A stretch of 56,002 nt of DNA. Source: Desulfuromonadaceae bacterium. GTDB lineage: Bacteria; Desulfobacterota; Desulfuromonadia; Desulfuromonadales; Geopsychrobacteraceae. A model generated the notes under the pieces. The model was not told where the DNA came from, did not search any database, and saw nothing but the letters and a program-made list of their open reading frames with translations. The position numbers and the translations under genes were made by a program. Location of the stretch: positions 1 through 56,002 of the forward strand of contig JAUVEB010000001.1 in the NCBI GenBank assembly GCA_030595055.1. The letters run 5' to 3'. Below are positions 56,002 to 56,002 of this stretch, piece after piece (within the stretch, counting starts at the first letter, position 1; every line of letters starts with the position of its first letter).

Positions 56002-56002
56002 T

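Overview
This is a 56 kb chromosomal segment from a bacterium that is probably a Desulfuromonadales member (inferred from the eukaryote-type citrate synthase, the dusB-ntrB-ntrC operon, long HflX and c-type cytochromes). The left flank holds a GAF-GGDEF protein, a DUF945-like protein and ybbP-ybbA/tesA. An accessory block at ~7.6-13.7 kb carries an orphan histidine kinase, two small permeases, a radical SAM protein, an MBL hydrolase, gene remnants and MITEs. Two back-to-back cobalamin riboswitches follow. The plus-strand one leads a ~17.4 kb anaerobic cobalamin operon (cobC-cobU-cobT-cobS-cobD/cobQ fusion-cbiB-cobO-cbiA-cbiC-cbiK-Gate-type membrane protein-cbiL-cbiD-cbiE-cbiL-cbiF-cbiG-cbiH-cbiJ) that ends at an IS630 remnant. 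The right half is mostly housekeeping (rne, dynamin-like, Smr, mltD, hflX, fabI, rRNA MTase, OmpA, gltA, dusB-ntrBC) and ends in a P460-family / rubredoxin-FMN / membrane diheme cytochrome cluster. The most notable observations are: (1) a signal-peptide CbiK paired with a Gate-type membrane protein in an operon lacking cbiMNQO, a candidate cobalt-delivery system; (2) two CbiL paralogues with no CbiT; (3) conserved catalytic Glu residues replaced by Val in CobT and CobQ; (4) an orphaned riboswitch whose ORF is cut after 7 codons by a MITE; and (5) three IS66-type MITEs with shared ends and 8-bp target duplications but two unrelated palindromic cargoes. No tRNA, rRNA or CRISPR array was seen. 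All calls come from reading motifs by eye; no database searches were run.
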